Shown: in pieces, positions 27,264-37,672 of the stretch
Numbering within the stretch: position 1 is the stretch's first letter
How the letters are laid out: the number at the start of each line of letters is the position of its first letter
Assembly (NCBI GenBank): GCA_040772485.1
Contig: JAXGYC010000010.1
Location: 192,001 to 256,000, forward strand
Origin: Sedimentisphaerales bacterium
Lineage (GTDB): Bacteria; Planctomycetota; Phycisphaerae; Sedimentisphaerales; Anaerobacaceae
Reading direction: 5' to 3'
DNA: 64,000 bases
Notes under the pieces: generated by a model
Databases searched by the model: none
Told to the model about the DNA's origin: nothing
The model's input: only the letters and a program-made list of their open reading frames with translations
Program-made: the position numbers and the translations under genes

Positions 27264-28061
27264 TCACAAAGGGCGAATCCAGATGTTGCGAAAACGCACG
27301 GGATTGTTGTGCCCGGCCAGGACCAGCGGGCGCTTCGGCGCGATCGGCCGGTCGTACTTGGGCAGGATCCGATGGCCGGTGGGACCGTAGATCTGCTGGT
27401 TGTGGTGGACGAGAATCCCGTTGTGCAGGACCGTGACATAGGCGGGCTTGACGAGCTTGTCTCCTTCGAAAACCGGGGCGAAGAAGATGATGTCATACGT
27501 CTGCCAGCGTCCCGGTTCGCGGCACGCGTTGACCATCGGCGGGGTCTGGCCGTAGACGCTGGCCGCCTGGCCGTCAGGATAGAGCGGCGTCGTGTATGTG
27601 TCGAACACCTGAATCTCGAAGAGGCCCATCAGCGTGACGCCATTGTTGCCGTGGTCCCAATCCTCGCCCACCGGCGGATTCGGCGCCTGCCACTCGACAT
27701 GGAGCTGGCAATCGCCGAACGACTCCTTCGTGGTCAGGCTGCCCGAGACGACGACCAGGTCGCCATCTTCGATCTTCCAGTCCGAAGGCTGCCACTGCGA
27801 CAGGTCCGTCCCGTCGAAGAGAACGACCGCATCGGACGGCGCGGCGCCGCGCCGGCCCGGCGTCACCTTGGCCGGCTTGGGCCGGTCGGGATCGTGCACG
27901 TGGTACCCGCACCAGGGCAGTACCGGCGTATCCTTATACCCCACGACGCCGGAGCCATCTTTGGCCTTGACCAGTTCAGCCGCAATCGCATTGGCGGCAT
28001 ACAACAGGCAGAAGACAAAAACAACGGTGACAGCGACAACAGCGATGCGGCGACGATTCAT
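27264..28061 (-). CDS. DUF1080 (3-keto-disaccharide hydrolase family) protein
   Basis: Signal peptide; PSDAVVLFDG, FGDCQLHVEW, GNNGV, EIQV, WQTYDIIF and PVRFRNIWIRPL. Confidence 0.9.
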   Translation of the reverse strand: MNRRRIAVVAVTVVFVFCLLYAANAIAAELVKAKDGSGVVGYKDTPVLPWCGYHVHDPDRPKPAKVTPGRRGAAPSDAVVLFDGTDLSQWQPSDWKIEDGDLVVVSGSLTTKESFGDCQLHVEWQAPNPPVGEDWDHGNNGVTLMGLFEIQVFDTYTTPLYPDGQAASVYGQTPPMVNACREPGRWQTYDIIFFAPVFEGDKLVKPAYVTVLHNGILVHHNQQIYGPTGHRILPKYDRPIAPKRPLVLAGHNNPVRFRNIWIRPL

Positions 28062-28206
28062 GGCTGATCCTTTCATCGGTTGGTTTGCCGGTGCTCTCAT
28101 GGGGCGAGGGCTCGCAAGCCGCCGTCCGAGAGCGCGAACTTCACACGTCACTATAGCTCACATGCAGCGGCGCGGCAAGCCCCGCTATTGGGCTCATCCT
28201 GTAGTC

Positions 28207-28323
28207 GGGTGGCAGCCTCAAACGCGCAGCGTTTGGGGATGGTATACCTGGCTATCGTATCGGCGGCGAAGTGTCGCCAACGCTGAGAACCATCCCCAGG
28301 TTCTTCGAACTTGAGGCTGCCCC
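28207..28323. repeat. REP/REPIN-like inverted pair (GGGTGGCAGCCTCAA...TGGGGATGGT)
   Basis: Copy at 28207-28243 and inverted copy at 28289-28323; a third copy lies at 34909-34944. Confidence 0.75.
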
Positions 28324-28350
28324 ACACGACGCTTTCCGCAACACAAGCAG

Positions 28351-28379
28351 TTGATCCGCAGCCGCCGCGACGCTATAAT
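28351..28379 (+). promoter_or_regulatory. Sigma70-type promoter for the M23 gene
   Basis: TTGATC-17 nt-TATAAT. Confidence 0.55.
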
Positions 28380-28437
28380 CCGAATACCGTGGATGTGGCA
28401 ACCAATGGGGTGGATTTGGTGCAACGGTCGCGAGGGG

Positions 28438-29364
28438 ATGTCAAGCAGCAAGGAAGAACCGGCAGTGGCAGCGACGAACTCACAATGGGGCAGAGGTCAT
28501 TCGGCAATTGCCAGACGAGCGATCCCGTGGGTGGGCTTTCTATTGTCGACCATGTGGATCGGCATCCTGCCGGGGGCCGAGCGACCGGGGCGACGAGACG
28601 AGGCCGTATCCGTCCATCGGGTCCCATCGGGAAACGGCGTCAACCTGATTGTGGAGAATCGCGCGCCGTGCGACGTGACAGTCACCATGACTCTCGATGC
28701 CAGCAACATGCATGTGACCTGGATTCGTCCGGAGACCGAGACCTTCCCGGCCGGTTCCGAGACGGAGGCCGTCCGAATCGTCCCGGAGGACCCGAGCCGG
28801 CCGTGTTCATGGCGATTCCATTTCAAGTGGGTCAAGGGCAACGTACACGCCAGGCACGATGAGAACACCCTGTACCTGCTCCCGTTCGAGGCGGGCCGGT
28901 CCTTTCGGGTCTCCCAGGGCTACAACGGCACGCTGACGCATTTCGATCAGGATCAATATGCGGTGGACTTCGCGATGCGGGAAGGCACGGCGGTCTGTGC
29001 GGCCCGCTCCGGCGTTGTCGTCGATCTCGAGGAATCGTACAAGACCGGCGGACCGTCCAAGAAGTACAAGAGCCACGTGAATTTCGTATCGATCGCACAC
29101 GACGACGGCACGATCGGGGAATACCATCACATCCGGCAAAACGGCGTACTTGTGGAGATCGGGCAGGAGGTGAACGCCGGACAGCACATCGCCCTGTCGG
29201 GCAACACCGGGTACTCGACCTTCCCGCACCTGCACTTCGGCGTCTACTCGCCGGTCGACGGCAGGCGGCTCCAGTCGCACCCCGTTGCGTTCGCTACCCG
29301 CCAGGGCATCGTCACCGATCCGGTCGAAGGAAGGGTCTACACCGCGCTACCGGCCGCGAAATAA
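28438..29364 (+). CDS. M23 family metallopeptidase
   Basis: YAVDFAM..GT.VCAARSGVV, GEYHHI and SGNTGYSTFPHLHFGV. Start is uncertain (28393-28438). Confidence 0.88.
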   Translation: MSSSKEEPAVAATNSQWGRGHSAIARRAIPWVGFLLSTMWIGILPGAERPGRRDEAVSVHRVPSGNGVNLIVENRAPCDVTVTMTLDASNMHVTWIRPETETFPAGSETEAVRIVPEDPSRPCSWRFHFKWVKGNVHARHDENTLYLLPFEAGRSFRVSQGYNGTLTHFDQDQYAVDFAMREGTAVCAARSGVVVDLEESYKTGGPSKKYKSHVNFVSIAHDDGTIGEYHHIRQNGVLVEIGQEVNAGQHIALSGNTGYSTFPHLHFGVYSPVDGRRLQSHPVAFATRQGIVTDPVEGRVYTALPAAK

Positions 29365-29372
29365 GGCGTGTG

Positions 29373-30521
<1,149 letters not shown>

Positions 30522-30592
30522 TCAGTGTCTGGCATCGCGACCGGACACATCCACCTTCGGCGCCCCCTTCATAGCACGGGGGGCCGAACAAA

Positions 30593-31354
30593 TCAAGTCG
30601 CCGCGCCGGACAGCGTGCCGACCAGCAGGTCCGGCTGCGCAGCCACATCGCCCACGTCGCGCGGGTGGCACTCGACCCGAAAGCCGGCCTCGGCCATCAG
30701 GTCGAGCCACCGCTGACGGTCGAACAGGCCCGTTGTGAGCCGGTCCAGCTCGATCCGAAGCCCGGCGCACGTGCGAATCAGGTAGAACAGAATCGTCTCG
30801 ATCGTCGTGTCAGCGGGGTCCGGGTCGCAGGTGAATTCGATGAACGTCAGCTCCGTTTCGTTGTCAGACCTCGTGCTGGAGTCCACCGTGGGATCGCGGA
30901 AAGTCTCGCGGAAGTGATCCGGGGAAGTGATGAGGACGCCGCCCGGCTCCAGGTGCGCCACGGCGGTGGCGAACACCGCTTTCAGGTCGGCTTCCGTCTG
31001 CATGTGGCTGATCGCATCGTGGACGAGCACGGCCTGGAACTTCCGGTTCAGACGCACGGTCCGCATGTCGCCCGCAAGGTGCTCGACGCCCGGATTCAGC
31101 CGTCTCGAATGCCGCATCATCGCCTCCGAGAGGTCCACGGCGGTCGCCTCGAAGTCGGCGGTCAGGTGCGAGAGGTGGTGTCCGCCGCCGGCGCCCAGTT
31201 CGAGAAGACAGTGCCGCCCGGGCCCGAGCTTGCTCCGCAGTGTGTCCCGCCAGCAACGGGCCTCGGCGGCATAGTCCTCGACCGGACTAACCAGAGGCCA
31301 AAGGTAAGCCAAGTCGCCATAGAGGCGGTTCGCTTGAATCTGCGTCGAGTCCAT
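30593..31354 (-). CDS. Class I SAM-dependent methyltransferase
   Basis: LLELGAGGG, AVDLSEAM, GDMR and HLEPGG. Confidence 0.9.
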   Translation of the reverse strand: MDSTQIQANRLYGDLAYLWPLVSPVEDYAAEARCWRDTLRSKLGPGRHCLLELGAGGGHHLSHLTADFEATAVDLSEAMMRHSRRLNPGVEHLAGDMRTVRLNRKFQAVLVHDAISHMQTEADLKAVFATAVAHLEPGGVLITSPDHFRETFRDPTVDSSTRSDNETELTFIEFTCDPDPADTTIETILFYLIRTCAGLRIELDRLTTGLFDRQRWLDLMAEAGFRVECHPRDVGDVAAQPDLLVGTLSGAAT

Positions 31355-31453
31355 CGGTTCGCATCCCCTTCTGCGGCCTTCATGCCGCTCTCGTACCGAC
31401 GCTTCACACCTGCGCCCATGGATGATCGGGCACAATCCGGGCTGGATTTTTGC

Positions 31454-31483
31454 TTGACAGGGTTCCCCAGGGGGCCATACAAT
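31454..31483 (+). promoter_or_regulatory. Promoter of tRNA-Gly
   Basis: TTGACA-18 nt-TACAAT just upstream of the tRNA. Confidence 0.7.
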
Positions 31484-31495
31484 TCAATCGTAGTT

Positions 31496-31567
31496 GCGGC
31501 TGTAGCTCAATGGTAGAGCGCGACCTTCCCAAGGTCGATGTTGTGAGTTCGAGTCTCATCAGCCGCT
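31496..31567 (+). tRNA. tRNA-Gly(CCC); CCA not encoded
   Basis: Acceptor stem GCGGCTG/CAGCCGC, D-arm GCTCAATGGTAGAGC, anticodon arm CGACC-TTCCCAA-GGTCG and T-arm GTTCGAG. Confidence 0.95.
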
Positions 31568-31637
31568 TTTTGCATTTCCAGACGCCGCCAATTGCCCATC
31601 TTCCCACCCAGTCCCCCACGCATGCGTCTCTTCTGCG

Positions 31638-33881
31638 TCACGGGACGCGCTGCTCGATGACCTCTTCGCGCCGGACCTCATGGGCCTGCCCTTGCCAGGA
31701 CAAGGTCGCCGGACCGAAGGCGTGAAAGACGCGAACGGAACCTGACTCCTTCAGAGGCTTGCCGTCGGGCGCCTGGAGCGTGAACAGGGCCCCCTGCCCG
31801 TAGTCCGTGCCGCTCCAGCGTTTCGCGTGGAAGGCGACGAAGGACGGTCCTTCGACGATGAAGCCCCACGGTGGCAGGATCGTGCGTCCACCCAGCTCAG
31901 AAGTCACCTCGGCATCGGTCGCGCCGAAGTTGACGATGACGGTCGTCGCATCGGAGGCAGCGCCGTAGACCGCGCGCCGGACGTTGCGGTCGCCGGAGAG
32001 ATAGTCGAACCGCGTCAGCCGGTCATAGGCGGTGACACGGTGCAGCGGGCCCAAGATCTCATGCGTGTTCTTGATGAACACGTCGAGCGGGTGCATCCCC
32101 TGCGCCCAGCCGCCGTCGCCGCGCGTGTAGCAGGCCAGAGGCGCTGTGGGCGTCTCCGGCTCGGTCCGGCGTTCCGACTGCCAGTAGAGATGGTCGGGGA
32201 ACGAATGGTAGTGCAGCGGCCGGGCGCACAGGACGTGGTGCGCGATGTACTCGCCGGCCTCCTCGGCGCGGTAGCCGTACTTGCCGTAGCAAACCTGGCA
32301 GTCGTGATAGACCATCTCGAAGAACGGAATCACCGTTGCGCCAAGCTCGGCGGGCTTGAGGTTGTGGTAGTACCGCCCGCTGACGCCCACCAATCCTTCG
32401 AAGAAATCGCTGTGCGGCAGCGCCCACTCGCGCCCGCACTCGCTGCCGAAGAGGCCGAACACATTTCGCGCGTAGTCGCTCAGGCGGATCTTCCACGCGA
32501 TGTCGTCGTTGCGTCCGATCGGATGGTTCGGGTCGAAGCATTCTCGCGGCCCGACGGCGTACGTCGTGTCGATGAAGTAGCTCCAGGGCGCAAAAAGCTC
32601 GCGAATCGCAGGCAGGTTCTGGGGCCGCTGGGCCAGCTCCAACTGCTTCGGCGCACAGACCATGTAGGCCCGGCCGCCCAGCCAGCGCCCGCCGGCGATC
32701 AGGGAGCCGTCGCGGTGCTTCTCGATGAATCCCGGGTCCCAGCTCTTGGCGTCCCGGTACATGTCCTGCACGTTGTCGTGCAGACAGGCGACGTAATCCA
32801 GTGTCTGCACGCGCCGGACCGCATCGGCCAGCGCCTCGTTGCCGCCGCACTCGGGGTTGGCCGGAAGGTTGTCGGGGTGCCGGCAGTCGTAGCCGCCCTC
32901 GGTCCAGCCGCCCATCATGAAGAAGCAGCGGTCGAGCTTCATGTCGTTGTGCAAATGCTCGGCGATCCGGGCCGCCTCGTCGAACGTCCAGCGGACCTGG
33001 ACCGACTCCTCGGCGGTGCTGTCGTCGTTCATCCGGCGCGCCAGACAGGTCCACAGCTTGGCGTTCGATGCGCCGACCATTCGTTCGAGGTGCTTGTCCC
33101 GCTCGATCTTCTGGCGCAGCGTCGCCGCGAACCCCCGCTGGCCGGCGTATTGCCTGTACGCTCGCGCGATGTCGTTCCAATCGCCGCGTCCCAGGGGCAT
33201 CAGCCGCAAAGCCTTGGCGCTTCGCCGCAGCTCGAACGTCGTCGTCAGCTTGCGGCCCTCGGCCTGCCCTTCCGGGACCGCACGCTCCAATTCGGGAAAC
33301 ACGTAGGCATCGTCCCACGTCACGATCAGCGCCGAGCCTCGCTTGACCAGGCCCAGCATGTTCATGTGGCAGCCCTCGTAGTCCGAGGTGCCGAAGGTCT
33401 GCTTGAAAGCCTTGTCTCCATCGGCAGACACCAGCAGGCCCTCCCGGCACGGGACGATCACGCAGCCGTCGTCGTCGCCCGCGATCGTCAGGGCGTCGTC
33501 AAGGACACGAATCGTCGCGTCGTCCGCGTTCTCGTAGCGAATCTCCAGCGCCTGGCCGCCCTGCACCAGTGCGAAGACAACCGCCCTTCCGCTATCCTTG
33601 ACCAGCCGCACCGAATTCTCACCGCCGCGTTCGGCCCGGACGAAATCCCCTTCGAGCCAGGCGGCTTTGCCCGGACTCGCCATGCCCTCAGAAGGCCACG
33701 TCACGCCGGAACGCTCGTCCGACAACCGCCATTGGCCTGTTCCATCGTCGATCTCCACGCGCAGGGCGGGACTCTCCAAGGTCGCGGCTCCGGCCCAACC
33801 GCCGACAACCCAAACAAGAAGAAACACTACGGCCAAGAATAACCTCGGCCTGACCATCATGTCTGTGATCTGACGTGCCAT
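31638..33881 (-). CDS. Secreted GH129/DUF5696-like glycoside hydrolase
   Basis: Signal peptide; GGW..GGYD..HPD.LP, LHDNVQDMY, YFIDTT, GSECG and IPFFEMVYHDC. Confidence 0.7.
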   Translation of the reverse strand: MARQITDMMVRPRLFLAVVFLLVWVVGGWAGAATLESPALRVEIDDGTGQWRLSDERSGVTWPSEGMASPGKAAWLEGDFVRAERGGENSVRLVKDSGRAVVFALVQGGQALEIRYENADDATIRVLDDALTIAGDDDGCVIVPCREGLLVSADGDKAFKQTFGTSDYEGCHMNMLGLVKRGSALIVTWDDAYVFPELERAVPEGQAEGRKLTTTFELRRSAKALRLMPLGRGDWNDIARAYRQYAGQRGFAATLRQKIERDKHLERMVGASNAKLWTCLARRMNDDSTAEESVQVRWTFDEAARIAEHLHNDMKLDRCFFMMGGWTEGGYDCRHPDNLPANPECGGNEALADAVRRVQTLDYVACLHDNVQDMYRDAKSWDPGFIEKHRDGSLIAGGRWLGGRAYMVCAPKQLELAQRPQNLPAIRELFAPWSYFIDTTYAVGPRECFDPNHPIGRNDDIAWKIRLSDYARNVFGLFGSECGREWALPHSDFFEGLVGVSGRYYHNLKPAELGATVIPFFEMVYHDCQVCYGKYGYRAEEAGEYIAHHVLCARPLHYHSFPDHLYWQSERRTEPETPTAPLACYTRGDGGWAQGMHPLDVFIKNTHEILGPLHRVTAYDRLTRFDYLSGDRNVRRAVYGAASDATTVIVNFGATDAEVTSELGGRTILPPWGFIVEGPSFVAFHAKRWSGTDYGQGALFTLQAPDGKPLKESGSVRVFHAFGPATLSWQGQAHEVRREEVIEQRVP

Positions 33882-34002
33882 CGTGCGTACCTCCCGAACT
33901 GTGCGGACATGGTTTCAGAGCGATCTCAGCATACCCCGAGACGGCAATGCGAACAAGGATCAAGCGTCCGAGTGTCGTTCGCGAGGGCAAATGAGAGCAG
34001 GA

Positions 34003-35796
34003 TCAGACAGGATTTCGCCGGAGGCGCGCCCGGGCGCGCGCGAGGAAGGCCAGTCCGACGACGACGTAGAGCGCGCCGCTGATAAGAATCCACGCGGTCG
34101 CTGCGCCGGCCCGACGCATTCCCTTCTGAATCCAATCGTAGTCACCAAGCTGTGCGCGTGCGGTCGCGTCGGTGATGACGACCGCCTGAACGAAGGGGTT
34201 CATGTCTGCATACACCGACGGAAAGCCACCGTGAATCCGGAACACCTCGTCGACAATGGCCAGGAACAGAGGGAGCAGCGCCCAAAGGCCGGCCGCCAGA
34301 CTGACATTGGCGATCACGGCAGTTGTCGTGCGCGCAAGGCGGCTTGTGAAATACAGCCCGGTCGCACAGAGAAACACGGTCAGCCAAGCCGCCACAACGG
34401 CCAATTGCACGACGCCAATCGGACGGATCGTCCCCAACGCCGTGAACAGGCCCACGTGCGCGAACAGCGGCAGCCACGCCACCGAGCACTGACGCACAGC
34501 GCCGAGGAACTTGCCCCAGAGGATGGCCCGGTCCGAGATCGGCGTCGTCAGAAGAATGGGCCACGACCGCGATTCCTTCTCGCTCGTGATGCACGTCGCC
34601 GGCAGGACCGCCGCGAACAGCGTCCCCAATGCGAAAAAGACGACCACATAGGCAACCTGTGTCTCGCTGTCGTTGAGCACGTTCTGCCTGGCGCACGAAA
34701 CGTAGGCCAGAACCGCCAATGCGATCAAGACGATCCCGATCACGATCTTGCCGAGACCGAGCCGGCCCAGCAACGGCGAACGACGCTCTTTCCAGAACAC
34801 CGGCGAGCCCGTCACACGGCGGACCAGAGACCTTCGTGTGGCAGCCTCAAGCGTGCCGATAGACATCGGGAGGGGAGGGTGTCTCTCGGCATCCCGCCCC
34901 GATCTATGCCATCCCCATGTCCTGCGGACTTGAGGCTGCCACCCCACCGCCTGGCGCAGCGCCGCCTCGCGGACGAAGACGGTCGCCCAGAACAGCAGCA
35001 GCGCCGAGCCGGCCAGCGACACGCCGCAGTGGGCTGTCCAATGGACGGAGCTGATCGACTGACCCGTCATCAGGCGGATGGTGTCGGCAAGCAGCACGCA
35101 ATACGGATTCACGCGACACAGTGCGTCGGCGATCGCTCGTTCCGAGATGACGTTGTGAAGGGCCGGTATGCTGATTCCAGGCACCAGGCCAAACCACACG
35201 GCGGCCATTATCGCGGTCGTGATGATCGCGGCGTACGCCTTGCGCGTGAAGATCGAAAAGAACAGGCTCAGCGCCCCACAGAACAGCGCCGTGCTGAGGG
35301 TGACGCACAGCCCGCCGACCAGATATCCCCATGGCACGCCGCCGAGAACCCGCGTGATCGCCAGCAGCGGCAGCGTGATTGCCAGGAGCAGCGCCAGTTG
35401 AAGCAGCTTGCTGAGCAGCTTGCCGATGACGATTTGAAAGCTGCTGATCGGCGTGGTCATCAGCAGGCCGAGCGTCTTGTTGTAGATCTCATCGCTGATC
35501 CCGGTGCTCAGCATGACGATGGCAACGGCTTGAGAAGCGATGAACTGGAACCAGACGACGGACACCACGATCTGCTGGGCCGCACGGCCCATGCGCGAGA
35601 CCTGGTACACCGAACCGGCGCCGCTCGGCATTTCCTCCATCCAGATGAGACCGGCGAATACCAGGAAGAGCACCACATAGACGAAGCGCAGCACATAATT
35701 GCGGCGACGCCGGCTGGAGACGCGCAGCTCCTTGTCGAAGATCGGCCCCGTCAGCCAGGACAGACTCACCATCGGCGCCCATCGCTTCGGTGCCAT
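34003..35796 (-). CDS. ABC-2 type permease with two tandem membrane domains (paralog 3)
   Basis: GPIFDKELRVSSRRRR start motif shared with its neighbours; EIYNKTLGLLMTTP and EKESRSWPILLTTP. Start lies between 35796 and 35817. Confidence 0.85.
   Translation of the reverse strand: MAPKRWAPMVSLSWLTGPIFDKELRVSSRRRRNYVLRFVYVVLFLVFAGLIWMEEMPSGAGSVYQVSRMGRAAQQIVVSVVWFQFIASQAVAIVMLSTGISDEIYNKTLGLLMTTPISSFQIVIGKLLSKLLQLALLLAITLPLLAITRVLGGVPWGYLVGGLCVTLSTALFCGALSLFFSIFTRKAYAAIITTAIMAAVWFGLVPGISIPALHNVISERAIADALCRVNPYCVLLADTIRLMTGQSISSVHWTAHCGVSLAGSALLLFWATVFVREAALRQAVGWQPQVRRTWGWHRSGRDAERHPPLPMSIGTLEAATRRSLVRRVTGSPVFWKERRSPLLGRLGLGKIVIGIVLIALAVLAYVSCARQNVLNDSETQVAYVVVFFALGTLFAAVLPATCITSEKESRSWPILLTTPISDRAILWGKFLGAVRQCSVAWLPLFAHVGLFTALGTIRPIGVVQLAVVAAWLTVFLCATGLYFTSRLARTTTAVIANVSLAAGLWALLPLFLAIVDEVFRIHGGFPSVYADMNPFVQAVVITDATARAQLGDYDWIQKGMRRAGAATAWILISGALYVVVGLAFLARARARLRRNPV
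34909..34944. repeat. REP-like copy embedded in-frame in the permease CDS
   Basis: CCATCCCCA..ACTTGAGGCTGCCACCC matches 28289-28323; it is translated as GWQPQVRRTWGW. Confidence 0.7.
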
Positions 35797-35822
35797 GTCA
35801 ATCACTGGTTCTCCCATCGTCG

Positions 35823-37655
35823 TCAGAAGAGGCTCTTGCGAAGCCGGCCCTTGGCGCGCCAGAGGAAGAGCGCGCCTGCGGCGATGTAGACCAGGGCCGT
35901 GCCGGCCAGGATGCCGGTCATCTTCCAGACGCCAGACACCTCCTGGTTGATTCCGAAGATCACGCGTTCGCCGGCGTAAACGAGACTCCCCAGCGGCAGA
36001 TCGGCGTTCTGCACGCCGCCGGCGGCGTTCAAGATCAACTCGGTCTGAATCGCCGGATGAAACATCATGTACGCGACGAACAGGTCCATTTTTTTGGTCA
36101 TCGTGCCGAGCACGCCCGCCAACACGGGCCCGGCCGCCCACAGAGTCAGCAGCAGCCCGAAACTCGCGATGACCGACGAGGTTGTGCGCCCGAAACGCGA
36201 GCTGAAGTACAGCCCAACGGCCACGACAAAGAAGCTCACCCACACGGCCACCAGCAGAAGGTGGAACGCGACGATGGGATGAATGTACCCGACAAAGATG
36301 AACAGCAACACGTGTCCGGCCAGCAGGCCCCAGATGGGCAGGCATCGGCGAAAGGCGCTGACCGCCTTGCCCACGAGAATGTCCCAGTCCCCCAGGGAGG
36401 TCGTCAGCAGCAGCAACCACGTCTGCGACTCGCGTTCGCTGGTCACTCGGGTCGCCGAAAACACCACGCCGAAGATGATGCCCATCAGCACGAAGAGCAG
36501 GCCGTAGGAAACGTGGGAGTAGCTCTCGTCCAGGGCGCCCTGCCTGGCGGTTGCCAGATAGGTCACACACAGCGCGACGACCGCCACGAGAAGGCCAATG
36601 TAGCTGTTGCGGTTGTCCACGCCCTGGATGAAGGGGGCCCGCAGCTCTTTCCAGACAATCGGCGGCCCGATGACCCGTTTGATCGGTCCATCTAACGAGT
36701 CGGACGCCGGATTCGCACGCGACGCCTTCCTCCTGGCCTTGGCCAGAGGATCGAGCTGTCCGGTGGCCTGGCGCAGCGCCGTCTTGCGCACGACCTTCAC
36801 GGACCAGGCCAGCACCACGACCGAGAAACCCAGCATGAAGACGCAGTGGACCGGCCAAGAGAAGGGGATCGCCCTGCCGCCCGGCGACATCATGACCTCG
36901 GTCGCCTGCCACATCGCCAGGAAAGGATTCGTGTGTACCATCGCTATCGCCGTGTTCGACGTGAACACCCCCCGAAGGTGGCCGATGCCTCCCAGAATAG
37001 GCATGAAAGCGTTGGTCAGCGTGCCGAGGACGGCGGGCAGAACGAAGTATGCGGCTCCCAGAACGAAGGCGGTCTTGATGATGACGGCGTAGGCCCGCCG
37101 GTTGCGGATGGAGAACGCCAGGCTGACCGAGCCGGCCAGCAACACAGCCGTCAACGTGATGCACAGACTCGACAGAAGGTAACTCCAGGAGACGCCGCCG
37201 AAGACGCGGACAATCGCCAGGATCGGCAACGTGATCGCCAGCAGCAGGATCAGTTGCAGCAGCTTGCTGAGCATCTTGCCCATCACGATCTGGAGGCTGT
37301 TGATGGGCGTGGTCATGAGCAGCCCGAGCGTACGATGGTACACCTCGTCACTGATGGCGGTACTGAGCATGATGACTGCCAGGATCTGGGTCGTGATGAA
37401 CTGGAAAAACGCCACCGTTAGGATGATCTGCTTGCCGGCGGCCGCCATGCGGCTCTGCATGAAACCGACGCTGCCGTGATAATGCACGACGCTGAGCCAG
37501 ACCATTGCCACGAAGATCGTCAGCAGCGCGATGTAGAAGAACCGCAGAGCGAAGTTCCTGCGCCTCCGCGACGAGACGCGCAGCTCCTTCTCGAAGATCG
37601 GCCCGGTCAGCCATCCGAAGCTGAGACACCGCACATGGTTTACGCTCGAAGCCAT
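35823..37655 (-). CDS. ABC-2 type permease with two tandem membrane domains (paralog 2)
   Basis: GPIFEKELRVSSRRRR; EVYHRTLGLLMTTP; ERESQTWLLLLTT. Confidence 0.87.
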   Translation of the reverse strand: MASSVNHVRCLSFGWLTGPIFEKELRVSSRRRRNFALRFFYIALLTIFVAMVWLSVVHYHGSVGFMQSRMAAAGKQIILTVAFFQFITTQILAVIMLSTAISDEVYHRTLGLLMTTPINSLQIVMGKMLSKLLQLILLLAITLPILAIVRVFGGVSWSYLLSSLCITLTAVLLAGSVSLAFSIRNRRAYAVIIKTAFVLGAAYFVLPAVLGTLTNAFMPILGGIGHLRGVFTSNTAIAMVHTNPFLAMWQATEVMMSPGGRAIPFSWPVHCVFMLGFSVVVLAWSVKVVRKTALRQATGQLDPLAKARRKASRANPASDSLDGPIKRVIGPPIVWKELRAPFIQGVDNRNSYIGLLVAVVALCVTYLATARQGALDESYSHVSYGLLFVLMGIIFGVVFSATRVTSERESQTWLLLLTTSLGDWDILVGKAVSAFRRCLPIWGLLAGHVLLFIFVGYIHPIVAFHLLLVAVWVSFFVVAVGLYFSSRFGRTTSSVIASFGLLLTLWAAGPVLAGVLGTMTKKMDLFVAYMMFHPAIQTELILNAAGGVQNADLPLGSLVYAGERVIFGINQEVSGVWKMTGILAGTALVYIAAGALFLWRAKGRLRKSLF

Positions 37656-37672
37656 CGGCAACCTGTTGAATC

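Noticed and set aside
31590..31620. Weak CCCA-containing periodic repeats after the tRNA
   Set aside because: Too short and degenerate to distinguish from chance.
31496..33881. Genomic island integrated at tRNA-Gly
   Set aside because: No integrase, no duplicated tRNA 3' end seen and no obvious compositional shift.
34003..37164. 1053-aa ORF in the track, suggesting a giant fused permease
   Set aside because: Its first ~450 codons overlap permease paralog 2 in another frame and read as low-complexity shadow sequence. The shared GPIFDKELR start motif places the true start near 35800.
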